Origin: Candidatus Woykebacteria bacterium
GTDB lineage: Bacteria > Patescibacteriota > Microgenomatia > Woykebacterales > RBG-16-39-9b
Assembly (NCBI GenBank): GCA_040876265.1
Contig: JBBDPN010000001.1
Location: 438,208-502,207 of the forward strand
Direction of reading: 5' to 3'
DNA: 64,000 nt
The translations under genes were made by a program, and so were the position numbers. Below are positions 26,069 through 34,276 of the stretch, one piece after another. The notes under the pieces are model-generated. The model was not told the origin of the DNA and made no database searches. It saw only the letters and a program-made list of their open reading frames with translations. Within the stretch, counting starts at the first letter, position 1. Each line of letters begins with the position of its first letter.

Positions 26069-27442
26069 TTATGAATTTGCTTTGATTAGCTCGATTATTT
26101 CATCTCTTTTTTCTTCCATTAATCTTTTGTCGAGGGCTTCGACATTCAATCTTACCACAGGCTCTGTGTTCGAGGGGCGGATATTAAACCTCCAGTCTGT
26201 GAAATCTATTGATAAGCCATCGATAAAGTTGGCCTTACCATCGCTATATTTTTCCTGAAGCACCTGAATGACCCTATTAATATTCCCAATACGCGGATTA
26301 AGTTGGTCTGATTGGTAACTAACTGACAACGGCTTTAAAATTTCGGAAATTGGGTTGCCCTCTCTAGAAATAACTGAGAGGAAGATTAAAACAACTGTTA
26401 TTGGATCTTCTAAATAGTTTGTATCTTTGAATATAAAGTGGCCAGAGTTTTCGCCAAAAAAAATTGCGGCTTCTTTTTTCATTATTTCCGAAGCAAATGG
26501 GTTACCAATTCGGCTCACCAACGGTACGCCCCCGTTTTCTTTTACAGCGTGAATGCCGTTTAGCGTTGATCGGACATCGAATCCGATTTTCGCCCCAGGA
26601 TGCTTCTTTAAAAGCTCTCTTGCTATCAGAGCCGTGGTAACTGAGGCCGGTATTACTTCGCCTTTTTCGTCAACAAAGAATACTCTGTCGCTATCACCGT
26701 CTGGAGCTATTCCCAGATCCGCACCCTCGCTAACAACTTTTTTCCCAAGTTCTGCTAGTGTTTCGAACTCTGATGGGTCTGGTTTGTGAGCTGGAAAATT
26801 TCCATCTATTTCAAAATTCATTTTTACGAGCTTACAAGGCAGTTTCTTAAACAAGGCTTCTAAATACAAAGCCCCGGTAGCGTTGGCCGCGTCAGCAACA
26901 ATTTTTAGATCGTTAATACCTGTTGACTGCGTAATTTTTAGCGCTTTTTCTATCTGCGCTTCTATGACGTCTCCACCATGGGTTACCTTTCCCGCGTGGC
27001 CCAGCTTTTCAAATTTCTCCCCTAAAACAATTTCTTTTATCCTTTCCAGACCGGTACCCTCTCCCAACTTTGTTACCTGCGAGCCCTGCCTAAGGGCAAG
27101 TTTCACCCCATTGTATTCTTTTGGATTGTGGGAGGCACTGATTTGAATACCAGCGTCATAGTCATAGTGGTAAATTGAAAAGTAGAAGGTGGGAGTACCC
27201 GAAAGCCCGATATCAATAATTTGGGCTCCGCTACTAACTAACGCTTTTTTTGCTTGTTCCACGAGTGCTGGGCTGGAAAGCCTACCATCGTAGCTCAGAA
27301 CTATTTTTGGGGGTTTGGATCCACCGATTTTCTCGACTACAAAAGTGTAAAAGGCTTTGGCTATTTTTTCAACATCTTCTTCGTTTATCTCACCGGGGTA
27401 AACACCACGAATGTCGTAGGCTTTAAAAATAGACGGATCCAT
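26069..27442 (-). CDS. Phosphomannomutase/phosphoglucomutase
   Basis: FKAYDIRG, ISASHNP, PDGDSDR, GENSGH, RPSNTEP. Start placed at MDPSIFK. Confidence 0.92.
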   Translation of the reverse strand: MDPSIFKAYDIRGVYPGEINEEDVEKIAKAFYTFVVEKIGGSKPPKIVLSYDGRLSSPALVEQAKKALVSSGAQIIDIGLSGTPTFYFSIYHYDYDAGIQISASHNPKEYNGVKLALRQGSQVTKLGEGTGLERIKEIVLGEKFEKLGHAGKVTHGGDVIEAQIEKALKITQSTGINDLKIVADAANATGALYLEALFKKLPCKLVKMNFEIDGNFPAHKPDPSEFETLAELGKKVVSEGADLGIAPDGDSDRVFFVDEKGEVIPASVTTALIARELLKKHPGAKIGFDVRSTLNGIHAVKENGGVPLVSRIGNPFASEIMKKEAAIFFGENSGHFIFKDTNYLEDPITVVLIFLSVISREGNPISEILKPLSVSYQSDQLNPRIGNINRVIQVLQEKYSDGKANFIDGLSIDFTDWRFNIRPSNTEPVVRLNVEALDKRLMEEKRDEIIELIKANS

Positions 27443-27490
27443 AAAACTTATTTGATTATAGTTCAATATGAGAATTTGATAAAGGGTTGT

Positions 27491-27532
27491 GGAAAAGAGA
27501 AGCCACCCAAACCTCAATGAAGCATGGGTGGC
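27491..27532 (-). terminator. Rho-independent terminator of a small transcription unit
   Basis: GCCACCCA..TGGGTGGC followed by TTCTCTTTT on the minus strand. Confidence 0.6.
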
Positions 27533-27579
27533 CTTTGTCTCTGCGGCGTGTTTTGGGGACTCTGGACGCACGATGGTTG

Positions 27580-27681
27580 CTAGATCCCTAGGCCAACTGG
27601 TACTCTACCGTCAGGATCGAGAACGGCGATCGCAACCATAATGGCAAGAGAGGCTCCCACAATTACTGTGAGTGTTACCAA
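27580..27681 (-). CDS. Putative 33-aa hydrophobic peptide (or structured sRNA)
   Basis: TTG start: LVTLTVIVGASLAIMVAIAVLDPDGRVPVGLGI. SD GAGGAG; promoter TTGACT-17-TACAAT (27801-27773); long 5' hairpin. Confidence 0.4.
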   Translation of the reverse strand: MVTLTVIVGASLAIMVAIAVLDPDGRVPVGLGI

Positions 27682-27797
27682 TACTTACACCACTCCTCTC
27701 TGTGAAGATTTGGCAATTGGGCCAAAAAATAAACAGCCCCGAAGGGTTGTTTTTGGCTCATTGCCGAAATTAATTGTACTTGTTCGAACCTAAAAAG

Positions 27798-28331
27798 TCA
27801 AGCTCTTTGCCCAGCAAAAGCTAATTTCCGATTTACCAAACTCTTGGCCAGTTCGTAACCGCCAAAGAAACTAATTGTGTAAAATAGATCTCCTGCTAGA
27901 GTGTTTTTTAGGAAAGGTAAACCCATTACGTAACTTTGCAGTAACCCACTTGGATCTCTAGCATAAGCACCAGCGACCCAAACAGCAAAATTAGTAATCA
28001 AGAAGAAAAGAACCGAGGAACCAATCGCGGCTGCCACCACTTTGGTCGGAGTTTTTCTTTTTCGCAGCCACATCCCAAGCAACCCAACCAAGGCAAACGA
28101 CCCATAAACGGAAATCATTACGAGCGGGGAGTAAAACCCGATGAAGATATCGCTTAGTAACATCGCGACCAGGGGAAAAATAAGCGCGTAACGGGGGGAC
28201 AGGTATGCTCCGCCAAAAAGTGCTATGGCTGCGATGGGCGCAAAGTTTGGTGGATGTGGCATTAGCCTTGCGGCAACCGCTAATCCGATTATTAACGCTG
28301 GATTAATTAAGCTGGGTAAGTATTTTTTCAT
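27798..28331 (-). CDS. DUF6580-family S-component-like membrane transporter (putative cobalamin uptake)
   Basis: RLMPHPPNFAPIAAIALFGG..LSDIFIG..SSVLFFLITNFAVW..Y..GLPF..NTLAGDLFY; last gene under the B12 riboswitch. Confidence 0.78.
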   Translation of the reverse strand: MKKYLPSLINPALIIGLAVAARLMPHPPNFAPIAAIALFGGAYLSPRYALIFPLVAMLLSDIFIGFYSPLVMISVYGSFALVGLLGMWLRKRKTPTKVVAAAIGSSVLFFLITNFAVWVAGAYARDPSGLLQSYVMGLPFLKNTLAGDLFYTISFFGGYELAKSLVNRKLAFAGQRA

Positions 28332-28337
28332 CTCTTT

Positions 28338-29582
28338 TTAATCTACATTATTTCTTTTGTATCGTCTAGCAACTATACCTGTAGAAGTCCCAATAATTAT
28401 CAAGCTAATACCCATTATTAAAAACAGATCGATTCGATTGTTTTTTTCTGCGGCACTTAAGCCCCGTCCAGTCTCTTCTACCGGTACTGCAGAACCTATA
28501 CCTGTATCTGGCAGACTCGCTGCAAGTACTTGACCATCTTCGTTGGTATCAGTAACAGAGAGCACCCTACCCTCATCGTCGTTTGTTTGCTCATCACTCT
28601 CTTGACTTGCTTCCTCATTGGTTGGTTGCTGGGGATCTTCCTCAAATACTTGCTCAAAGATACTAACCGGATAGGCAACTTGAGCAAATGCGGCTAAAGC
28701 GTAGCTAGAGGTGAATGTATCAGCACCAAAACCGGCTTGGTAGGCCACTCCACCACTTACATCTTGCAAACTAGCTAGGAAATTCAACCCGTTAGTCACC
28801 GCAGTATCCTCACCAATAAGAGCTTGCACCACCCAAGCAGTCGAGGCGGCGTCTGTACCAAAACCAGGTTGGTACTCCCAACCACCATCGGCTTGCTGTA
28901 ACCCCAAAAGGTAATTTACACCAGAATCTATAGCATCATCTAAACCAACGTTAGTAAAACCATTGTTAACCGCTGATTTTAAAGCTTGGAGTGCTACAGC
29001 AGTATCATTACTATCGCTGCTCCCACCAACTTGCCAGCTCCAACCACCGTCCACATTTTGATTAGCAATTAAGTAATCAACACTATCCGAAATTATCTCC
29101 TGGTCGGCACTTGGGCCGGCGGAAATTAAAGATAGTATTCCAAAGATATCATCGTTCAAGGTAGTAGTCGAACCGATCTGGCCACCATCGTAAAAACTCT
29201 CAACCTTGGCCACGTAGTTGTGGCCGCCAAAAGTAAAAGGGTTCTCACCCGCAGCAGTAACAGCTAGTAAATCTCGCTCCCAACCGGTTGTGGCCGTATC
29301 AGAGGGTGGATTGGCAGCTAGAAAATCCAAAAGGGAGTTACCGCTATTTTCGATTGTATTTGGATCTACCCCAGAAGCAGTCAAACCCATTATCGTCCAA
29401 CTAGTCTCACCCCCAAATCCTGAAATTTTTCCACTTGTTTCTTGTTGGCTTTCAAGATAAGTAACCAGCGTGGTGATGTTACTACTCATGTCTGGGGTAG
29501 CAGCAAATACAGGGCTAGTAAAGCTTGCCGCTGCAAGAACAGAAGCTAATACGGCAGAAGAAATTTTAAATTTTTTGGACAT
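28338..29582 (-). CDS. Secreted alpha/alpha-barrel (prenyltransferase/squalene-oxidase repeat) surface protein with LPxTG and C-terminal TM
   Basis: Signal peptide; repeats YL..QNVDGGW, LQQADGGW, LQDVSGG; S.SNDTA.ALQAL; LPDTG, TM helix and RRYKR tail; SD GGAGGT. Confidence 0.8.
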   Translation of the reverse strand: MSKKFKISSAVLASVLAAASFTSPVFAATPDMSSNITTLVTYLESQQETSGKISGFGGETSWTIMGLTASGVDPNTIENSGNSLLDFLAANPPSDTATTGWERDLLAVTAAGENPFTFGGHNYVAKVESFYDGGQIGSTTTLNDDIFGILSLISAGPSADQEIISDSVDYLIANQNVDGGWSWQVGGSSDSNDTAVALQALKSAVNNGFTNVGLDDAIDSGVNYLLGLQQADGGWEYQPGFGTDAASTAWVVQALIGEDTAVTNGLNFLASLQDVSGGVAYQAGFGADTFTSSYALAAFAQVAYPVSIFEQVFEEDPQQPTNEEASQESDEQTNDDEGRVLSVTDTNEDGQVLAASLPDTGIGSAVPVEETGRGLSAAEKNNRIDLFLIMGISLIIIGTSTGIVARRYKRNNVD

Positions 29583-29593
29583 TTTTACCTCCT

Positions 29594-30211
29594 TTAGGTA
29601 GCTTTCCAAATAATAATATTTCCAGGTTCTACTGTATCTAAGGAGGCACCTTCGCCTGAACCAGGTACCTTTTCCCCGTTTTTATCTTTCAGTGTGTACG
29701 TCCAACACTCGCAGTTGAAACTATGGATCTCAATAATATAGTAACTGTTCAAGGGCATACCGTACCATTTAGCTACTAGTGAAAATTTATTTTCGTGACT
29801 AGCACTCTCTAGCACGTCGTAAACACTCATCCCTTGCCTCCAAGAAACCTGGTAAGAATAATTCGAAGTGCTTGTGCTAATTTTTAGGTCGACGGTTTCT
29901 TTTTCCCGGTTTTTTTCTCCAGTTGCTTGAGCAATTGTTTCCTGTAGTACTTTGCCTGTAGTAGTTTCGATAGGTTCGGATTTTGCGATTGGTTCGTGAC
30001 TATTTTTGGAAATTTCGTTAGCAGTTGTTTTTTTAGACGAAATCGTGGCTTTAGAGGTATCCGCTACAGATCCAATTTTATTTTGATTTTTTCCTACGTT
30101 GGAATTAGCAGATTGAAAATTAATCGGCAAAACGAAGAGTATTGCTACCGCTATAACGGTTAGAGTGGAAACAATAAATTTTTTTAAGTTTAATTTAAGC
30201 TTCTCTAGCAC
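29594..30211 (-). CDS. Membrane-anchored DUF4430 (transcobalamin beta-domain-like) protein
   Basis: N-terminal TM; C-terminal SVYDVL..Y....SYYI.EI....WTY..NGE....GAS..V.PGN.I.W. Confidence 0.75.
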   Translation of the reverse strand: MLEKLKLNLKKFIVSTLTVIAVAILFVLPINFQSANSNVGKNQNKIGSVADTSKATISSKKTTANEISKNSHEPIAKSEPIETTTGKVLQETIAQATGEKNREKETVDLKISTSTSNYSYQVSWRQGMSVYDVLESASHENKFSLVAKWYGMPLNSYYIIEIHSFNCECWTYTLKDKNGEKVPGSGEGASLDTVEPGNIIIWKAT

Positions 30212-30212
30212 G

Positions 30213-30283
30213 AAAAAACCTCCTAGATCTAGAGCAAAGGAGGCTATTTCTCACCAAAAAACCTTCTCGAGCTTGAGAAGGTT
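30213..30283 (-). terminator. Riboswitch expression platform: terminator plus SD-sequestering hairpin
   Basis: AACCTTCTC-AAGCTC-GAGAAGGTTTTTT (30283-30256), and CCTCCT..AGGAGGTTTTTT whose AGGAGG is the SD of GTG 30211. Confidence 0.7.
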
Positions 30284-30309
30284 CCATTGGTACAAATGTA
30301 CTTTGTGCC

Positions 30310-30410
30310 CTTTGCTCGAAGGAATAGAAACTATCAAAAGCCTTCGACCCGACTGTTACGGTTGCGGCACAGCGTCTGATTTTCACAGACTTCGGAGCTT
30401 TTGACTAAAT
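30310..30410 (-). ncRNA. Cobalamin riboswitch (short class II / AdoCbl-variant type)
   Basis: GAAGTCTGTGAAAATCAGACGCTGTGCCGCAACCGTAACAGTCGG core. The loop CTTTTGA of the downstream hairpin TCGAAGG..CCTTCGA is complementary to the 5' TCAAAAG (kissing loop). Confidence 0.85.
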
Positions 30411-30440
30411 TTTTAAAGTAATTCTACTTTACCAAAATTT

Positions 30441-30743
30441 TCAATAATTACAAGATCTTATTTTTTGAGCCGATGCTGTACTTATATTTTCCCAGTATAA
30501 CAAAATTCTATTTGCTTCTTTTTCTCCGAGTGCTGTTTCTAAACAATTAGTATAGACTTTATTTTTCGCTGCTAATATATTTGGTGTTGCCGCTAGCCCT
30601 GGTTCTATCTCAATTTCATTTAAGTTTATCCCTAAAATGGTGGGGATGTTTATCAAAATAAAAAATCCTACCACGACTCCTATACCTACCACCAACCAAA
30701 CCGCTGTAGTTATACCTATCAGAATTTGGAGGTACTTATTCAT
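30441..30743 (-). CDS. Hypothetical membrane-anchored protein
   Basis: N-terminal TM and two Cys; start overlaps the stop of the upstream small ORF. Confidence 0.6.
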   Translation of the reverse strand: MNKYLQILIGITTAVWLVVGIGVVVGFFILINIPTILGINLNEIEIEPGLAATPNILAAKNKVYTNCLETALGEKEANRILLYWENISTASAQKIRSCNY

Positions 30744-30891
30744 CTTTTAGCTTTTCAACCTCCAACTTCAGCTTTGTTTTGTTGGCTTTCGAATCCTCCA
30801 AACCCTTACGATAACCCATTCTATAATCAGGAAACCCAATCAACACTATTAATATAAGTAGTATGATAATGTACCCTAAGACGTGACCCAT
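30736..30891 (-). CDS. Small single-pass membrane protein (51 aa, not in ORF track)
   Basis: MGHVLGYIIILLILIVLIGFPDYRMGYRKGLEDSK..EKLKDE; starts 3 nt after the nrdJ stop and overlaps the next gene at ATGAATAA. Confidence 0.55.
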   Translation of the reverse strand: MGHVLGYIIILLILIVLIGFPDYRMGYRKGLEDSKANKTKLKLEVEKLKDE

Positions 30892-30894
30892 AAC

Positions 30895-33480
30895 CTAACA
30901 CTCCGAATTACCACAGCTGTAACATTTTTTGCAGCCTTCTTCGTAGACGAAACTGGCTGATCCACATTTTGGACAAATATCGCGGCGCACTTCGGTGGTC
31001 AGGAGACCCGCTTGCTGTGGTGCTTCTTCTGCTGGCTCTTTTACTTCCTCTTGTTCCTCTTGGGGTTCTCCTACACCGTTACTCCCACTACCATGACCAT
31101 TTCCATCTCCGTTTGTAACTACTGCTCCGTTAGTTAGCGTGGCCCCGTTGCCGTTTAGTTCCGCTTTCTCTTTAGTCTCTTCGGTTTGCTTTAGATACTC
31201 CGCGACTACTTTCGCGATTGCATCCGCCATAGAGTAAACGCGGTTGCTACCGAAACCCATTTGGCTCGCTCCACCTATACCCCTCAATTGATCAACTACC
31301 TCACGAAGCACTTCTCTCGCTGGGAATTTTGATGGTATACGCAGAGACAACGAGATAAGTCTTCCGAGAGCTTCTGCATCTGCTTTTATGTCGCTGCCAG
31401 CTTTTCCAACGTTGATAAAGACTTCGAATGGATTACCATGGCCATCTCCGTTGATAGTGATAAATGCATGGCCCACTGGTGTAGGCATCCAACGAGTAAC
31501 ACCCTCTAAGTTTTCTGGCCTCTTTCTCATGAAGGCTGCTTCATTTAAGTGCTGTTTTTCAGTGGCTACTTCAATACCTGCCTGTTCTTTCTTTTCTTCT
31601 TTTCGCTCGTCCTGAGCTTCTGTCGAAGGTTTCGCGTCCCCGTGAGAAAGGACCCCAGCTCGGCTCCCGTCTCTCATGTAAGTAACCCCTTTGCAACCAA
31701 GCTCGTAGGCTAAGTTGTAAAGCCTTTTTACATCCTCGACACTGTGATTATTTGGCGCATTAACTGTTTTACTGATGGATGAATCGGTATAATCTTGGAT
31801 AAGAGCTTGCATCTGGACGTGATCTTCTGGAGTGAGATCATTGGCCGAGACAAAATATTCTGGGTGGCTCTCATCCGGATGCTCCTCTTGCCATTTCTGA
31901 TAGATTGGGTGATAAATAACGTGCTCGCCAGTGCGGTCGCGACGGGTCATAGCAAAATCGTACACCGGCTCTATACCGCTGGAGACTCCTGAGACTAGGC
32001 TAGTAGTTCCAGTGGGTGCTTGAGTAAGGAGCACGGCGTTTCTTAGTCCCTGCTTAGCTATTTTTTCACGAATTTGTGTTGGCAATTTTTTGATAAACCA
32101 CCCTTGTAGATATTTTTCTTTATCAAAGTTAGGAAAAACGCCTTTTTCGGTTGCTAAATCTGCGCTTACTTCGTAGGCGGCGTCCCGAACAGTCTTGTAG
32201 ATTTTTTCAACGGTCGGCAGCGCTTCGGGGCTGCCATAGCGCAGTCCCATCATGATTAGGGCGTCACCCAACCCCATTGTTCCAAGGCCGGTGCGGCGAA
32301 TACCCATTTGTTGTTTTTTGTTTTCGGGGAAGTAGTAACCGGTAGCGTCCACTACATTATCCATAAAGCGGATCGCGACTTTTACGTGTTCGGCCAGCCC
32401 CTTGTAATCAAATTCAGCAGCGCCCACTTCTCCCTTAGTAAAGGCGGTGAGGTTCATCGCGCCTAAATTACAGACCGCCCAAGCACCCAGAGGTTGCTCA
32501 CCACAAGGATTGGTGGAGATTAGTTTTTCAAAATACCAAGTGTTGCTTCGCTCGTTGCTTCTTTGGATAAAGTGGGTGCCAGGCTCGGCTGAAACCCAAG
32601 CGGCCTGGCAGATTTTGTCCCAGACCTCGCGAGCTTTAACACTCTCGTAAACTTTTACTTTTTTGCCGGCGGCTTTCCATTTTTCTATATCACCGTCCCA
32701 GACTTCGTCGTATTGCGGATCGCTAATATCTGGGAAAACCAAATCCCAATCTTTATCTTCTTTCACAGCTTTCATAAAATCATCGGAGATACAGACGGAA
32801 AGGTTGGCGCCGTTTATCTTGGTCAAATCTTGTTTTACTTCGATAAATTCGAGGAGGTCTGGGTGCCAATCGTTAATCATCAACATCAGCGCCCCACGAC
32901 GTGTGCCCCCCTGTTGGATCACGTCGTGGGTAGCCGTACTGTAAAGCTCGGCCCAGACTACAGGTCCGGAGCTCCAACCATTTACTTTTTTCACACGAGA
33001 ACCACGTGGTCGAAGTGAGGAAAGATTTATTCCCACCCCACCAGAGCGGCTCATAATATCTACCATTATTTTTAAGTTATCGATTATTCCATCTCGGGAG
33101 TCGTGTGGGGAAGGGATAACAAAACAATTGTAGTAAGTAACGTCATATGCTGTACCAGCACCAGAAAGTACTCTACCACCGGGAACGAATTTAAAATCTT
33201 TTAGTGTATTGTAAAAGCGCGCCGTCCACTCCTCCTGCTTCTTTTTGCCTTTTTCCATTTGGGCGATACCGGCGGCCACACGAGCCCACATTTGCTCTGG
33301 ATACTCTTCGACAGGAGCGCCGTCTGGGTCTTTGAGGGAATATCTATCGGAAAAAACTTTGGCTCTTACACCGTCCAAGGTGGTTTTTGAATCATCTGTA
33401 ATTAACCCTTCTAAATGCGCTTGTGTTTTTGCATTGAAGGCAACCTGAGTTTTAGTTTTGGCAGCAGGTTTTTTACTCAT
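30895..33480 (-). CDS. nrdJ: Adenosylcobalamin-dependent (class II) ribonucleotide reductase with C-terminal TSCPD-like/Zn-ribbon region
   Basis: YYNCFV, GGVGINLS.LRP, QGGTRRGALM, TNPCGEQ, CNLG, APTGT, SISKTVN; ends CPKC..EEGC.KC..CG.SEC. Confidence 0.93.
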   Translation of the reverse strand: MSKKPAAKTKTQVAFNAKTQAHLEGLITDDSKTTLDGVRAKVFSDRYSLKDPDGAPVEEYPEQMWARVAAGIAQMEKGKKKQEEWTARFYNTLKDFKFVPGGRVLSGAGTAYDVTYYNCFVIPSPHDSRDGIIDNLKIMVDIMSRSGGVGINLSSLRPRGSRVKKVNGWSSGPVVWAELYSTATHDVIQQGGTRRGALMLMINDWHPDLLEFIEVKQDLTKINGANLSVCISDDFMKAVKEDKDWDLVFPDISDPQYDEVWDGDIEKWKAAGKKVKVYESVKAREVWDKICQAAWVSAEPGTHFIQRSNERSNTWYFEKLISTNPCGEQPLGAWAVCNLGAMNLTAFTKGEVGAAEFDYKGLAEHVKVAIRFMDNVVDATGYYFPENKKQQMGIRRTGLGTMGLGDALIMMGLRYGSPEALPTVEKIYKTVRDAAYEVSADLATEKGVFPNFDKEKYLQGWFIKKLPTQIREKIAKQGLRNAVLLTQAPTGTTSLVSGVSSGIEPVYDFAMTRRDRTGEHVIYHPIYQKWQEEHPDESHPEYFVSANDLTPEDHVQMQALIQDYTDSSISKTVNAPNNHSVEDVKRLYNLAYELGCKGVTYMRDGSRAGVLSHGDAKPSTEAQDERKEEKKEQAGIEVATEKQHLNEAAFMRKRPENLEGVTRWMPTPVGHAFITINGDGHGNPFEVFINVGKAGSDIKADAEALGRLISLSLRIPSKFPAREVLREVVDQLRGIGGASQMGFGSNRVYSMADAIAKVVAEYLKQTEETKEKAELNGNGATLTNGAVVTNGDGNGHGSGSNGVGEPQEEQEEVKEPAEEAPQQAGLLTTEVRRDICPKCGSASFVYEEGCKKCYSCGNSEC

Positions 33481-33515
33481 GAATTAAATGCTCCTCCTTA
33501 AATTTTTTTATTATT

Positions 33516-33989
33516 TTAAGCACTCCCGGCCGTTTTCTCGGACCGAGTTAAATTCTGGACTTCTTTTTCAAAAGACTGCACGTCCTCGAATGCCCGGTAG
33601 ACACTGGCAAAGCGGATGTAAGCGACTTTGTCCAGCGCTTTCAACCTTCGAATCACTTTTTCACCGATTACTTTACTAGGAATTTCCGTGGTTTTCAGCT
33701 TTCGTAGAGTTTGTTCGACTTCATCAACAGTTTCCTCGATGGTATCTGTAGAAATTGGGCGTTTTTCGCACGCTCTTTGGATACCAGTGAGGAGCTTAGC
33801 CCGGTTAAACTGTTCCCGACGGCCGTCCTTTTTGATTATGAAAAGATCAACTACATCTACTCTCTCGTAGGTGGTGAAACGCTTGTTGCATTTGAGACAT
33901 TCGCGACGGCGGCGAACGGATGATAGATCTTCTGAATCACGCGAGTCTAAAACTTGATTTTCTTCATGAGCACAATAAGGACATTTCAT
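33516..33989 (-). CDS. nrdR: Transcriptional repressor NrdR
   Basis: MKCPYC..V.DSR..RRRREC..C.KRFTTYER; ATP-cone; AYIRFASVY. Confidence 0.96.
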   Translation of the reverse strand: MKCPYCAHEENQVLDSRDSEDLSSVRRRRECLKCNKRFTTYERVDVVDLFIIKKDGRREQFNRAKLLTGIQRACEKRPISTDTIEETVDEVEQTLRKLKTTEIPSKVIGEKVIRRLKALDKVAYIRFASVYRAFEDVQSFEKEVQNLTRSEKTAGSA

Positions 33990-34103
33990 CGCTTTTTAAA
34001 ATTAATAAAGGAATCTCTTCCTTAGTGGTAAAAAAAACGGGCGTAGCGCCCCTTCAGCCTGCTTAAGTTACGTCTGCCCCATTTCACGTGTGGAAAGTAC
34101 CAA

Positions 34104-34158
34104 ACACAATATCTTGCGTGTCATAGTTATCGTAATACCAATATCTAGTGCTTGTCAA
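34104..34158 (-). promoter_or_regulatory. Tandem NrdR boxes overlapping the nrdR-nrdJ promoter
   Basis: ACACAATATCTTGCGT (34104-34119) and TACCAATATCTAGTGC (34136-34151), 32 bp apart; TTGACA-18-TACGAT on the minus strand. Confidence 0.8.
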
Positions 34159-34276
34159 TAGGTCTTGCAGGCACGACTTTTTCTTATAGGATTTACTAGT
34201 TAATGCTTTGATGGCTTTGTATACGTTGCGATACTTTTAGTTAGATTATTACAGTATTAAATGAACCGGACTAAAG

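Noticed and set aside
27443-27571. N-terminal extension of the phosphomannomutase in the ORF track
   Set aside because: It runs through a terminator hairpin; family similarity starts at MDPSIFKAYDIRG (27442).
28338-29582. Squalene-hopene cyclase / terpene biosynthesis enzyme
   Set aside because: It has a signal peptide and surface anchor, appears to be a single barrel, lacks a DxDD catalytic motif and sits under a B12 riboswitch.
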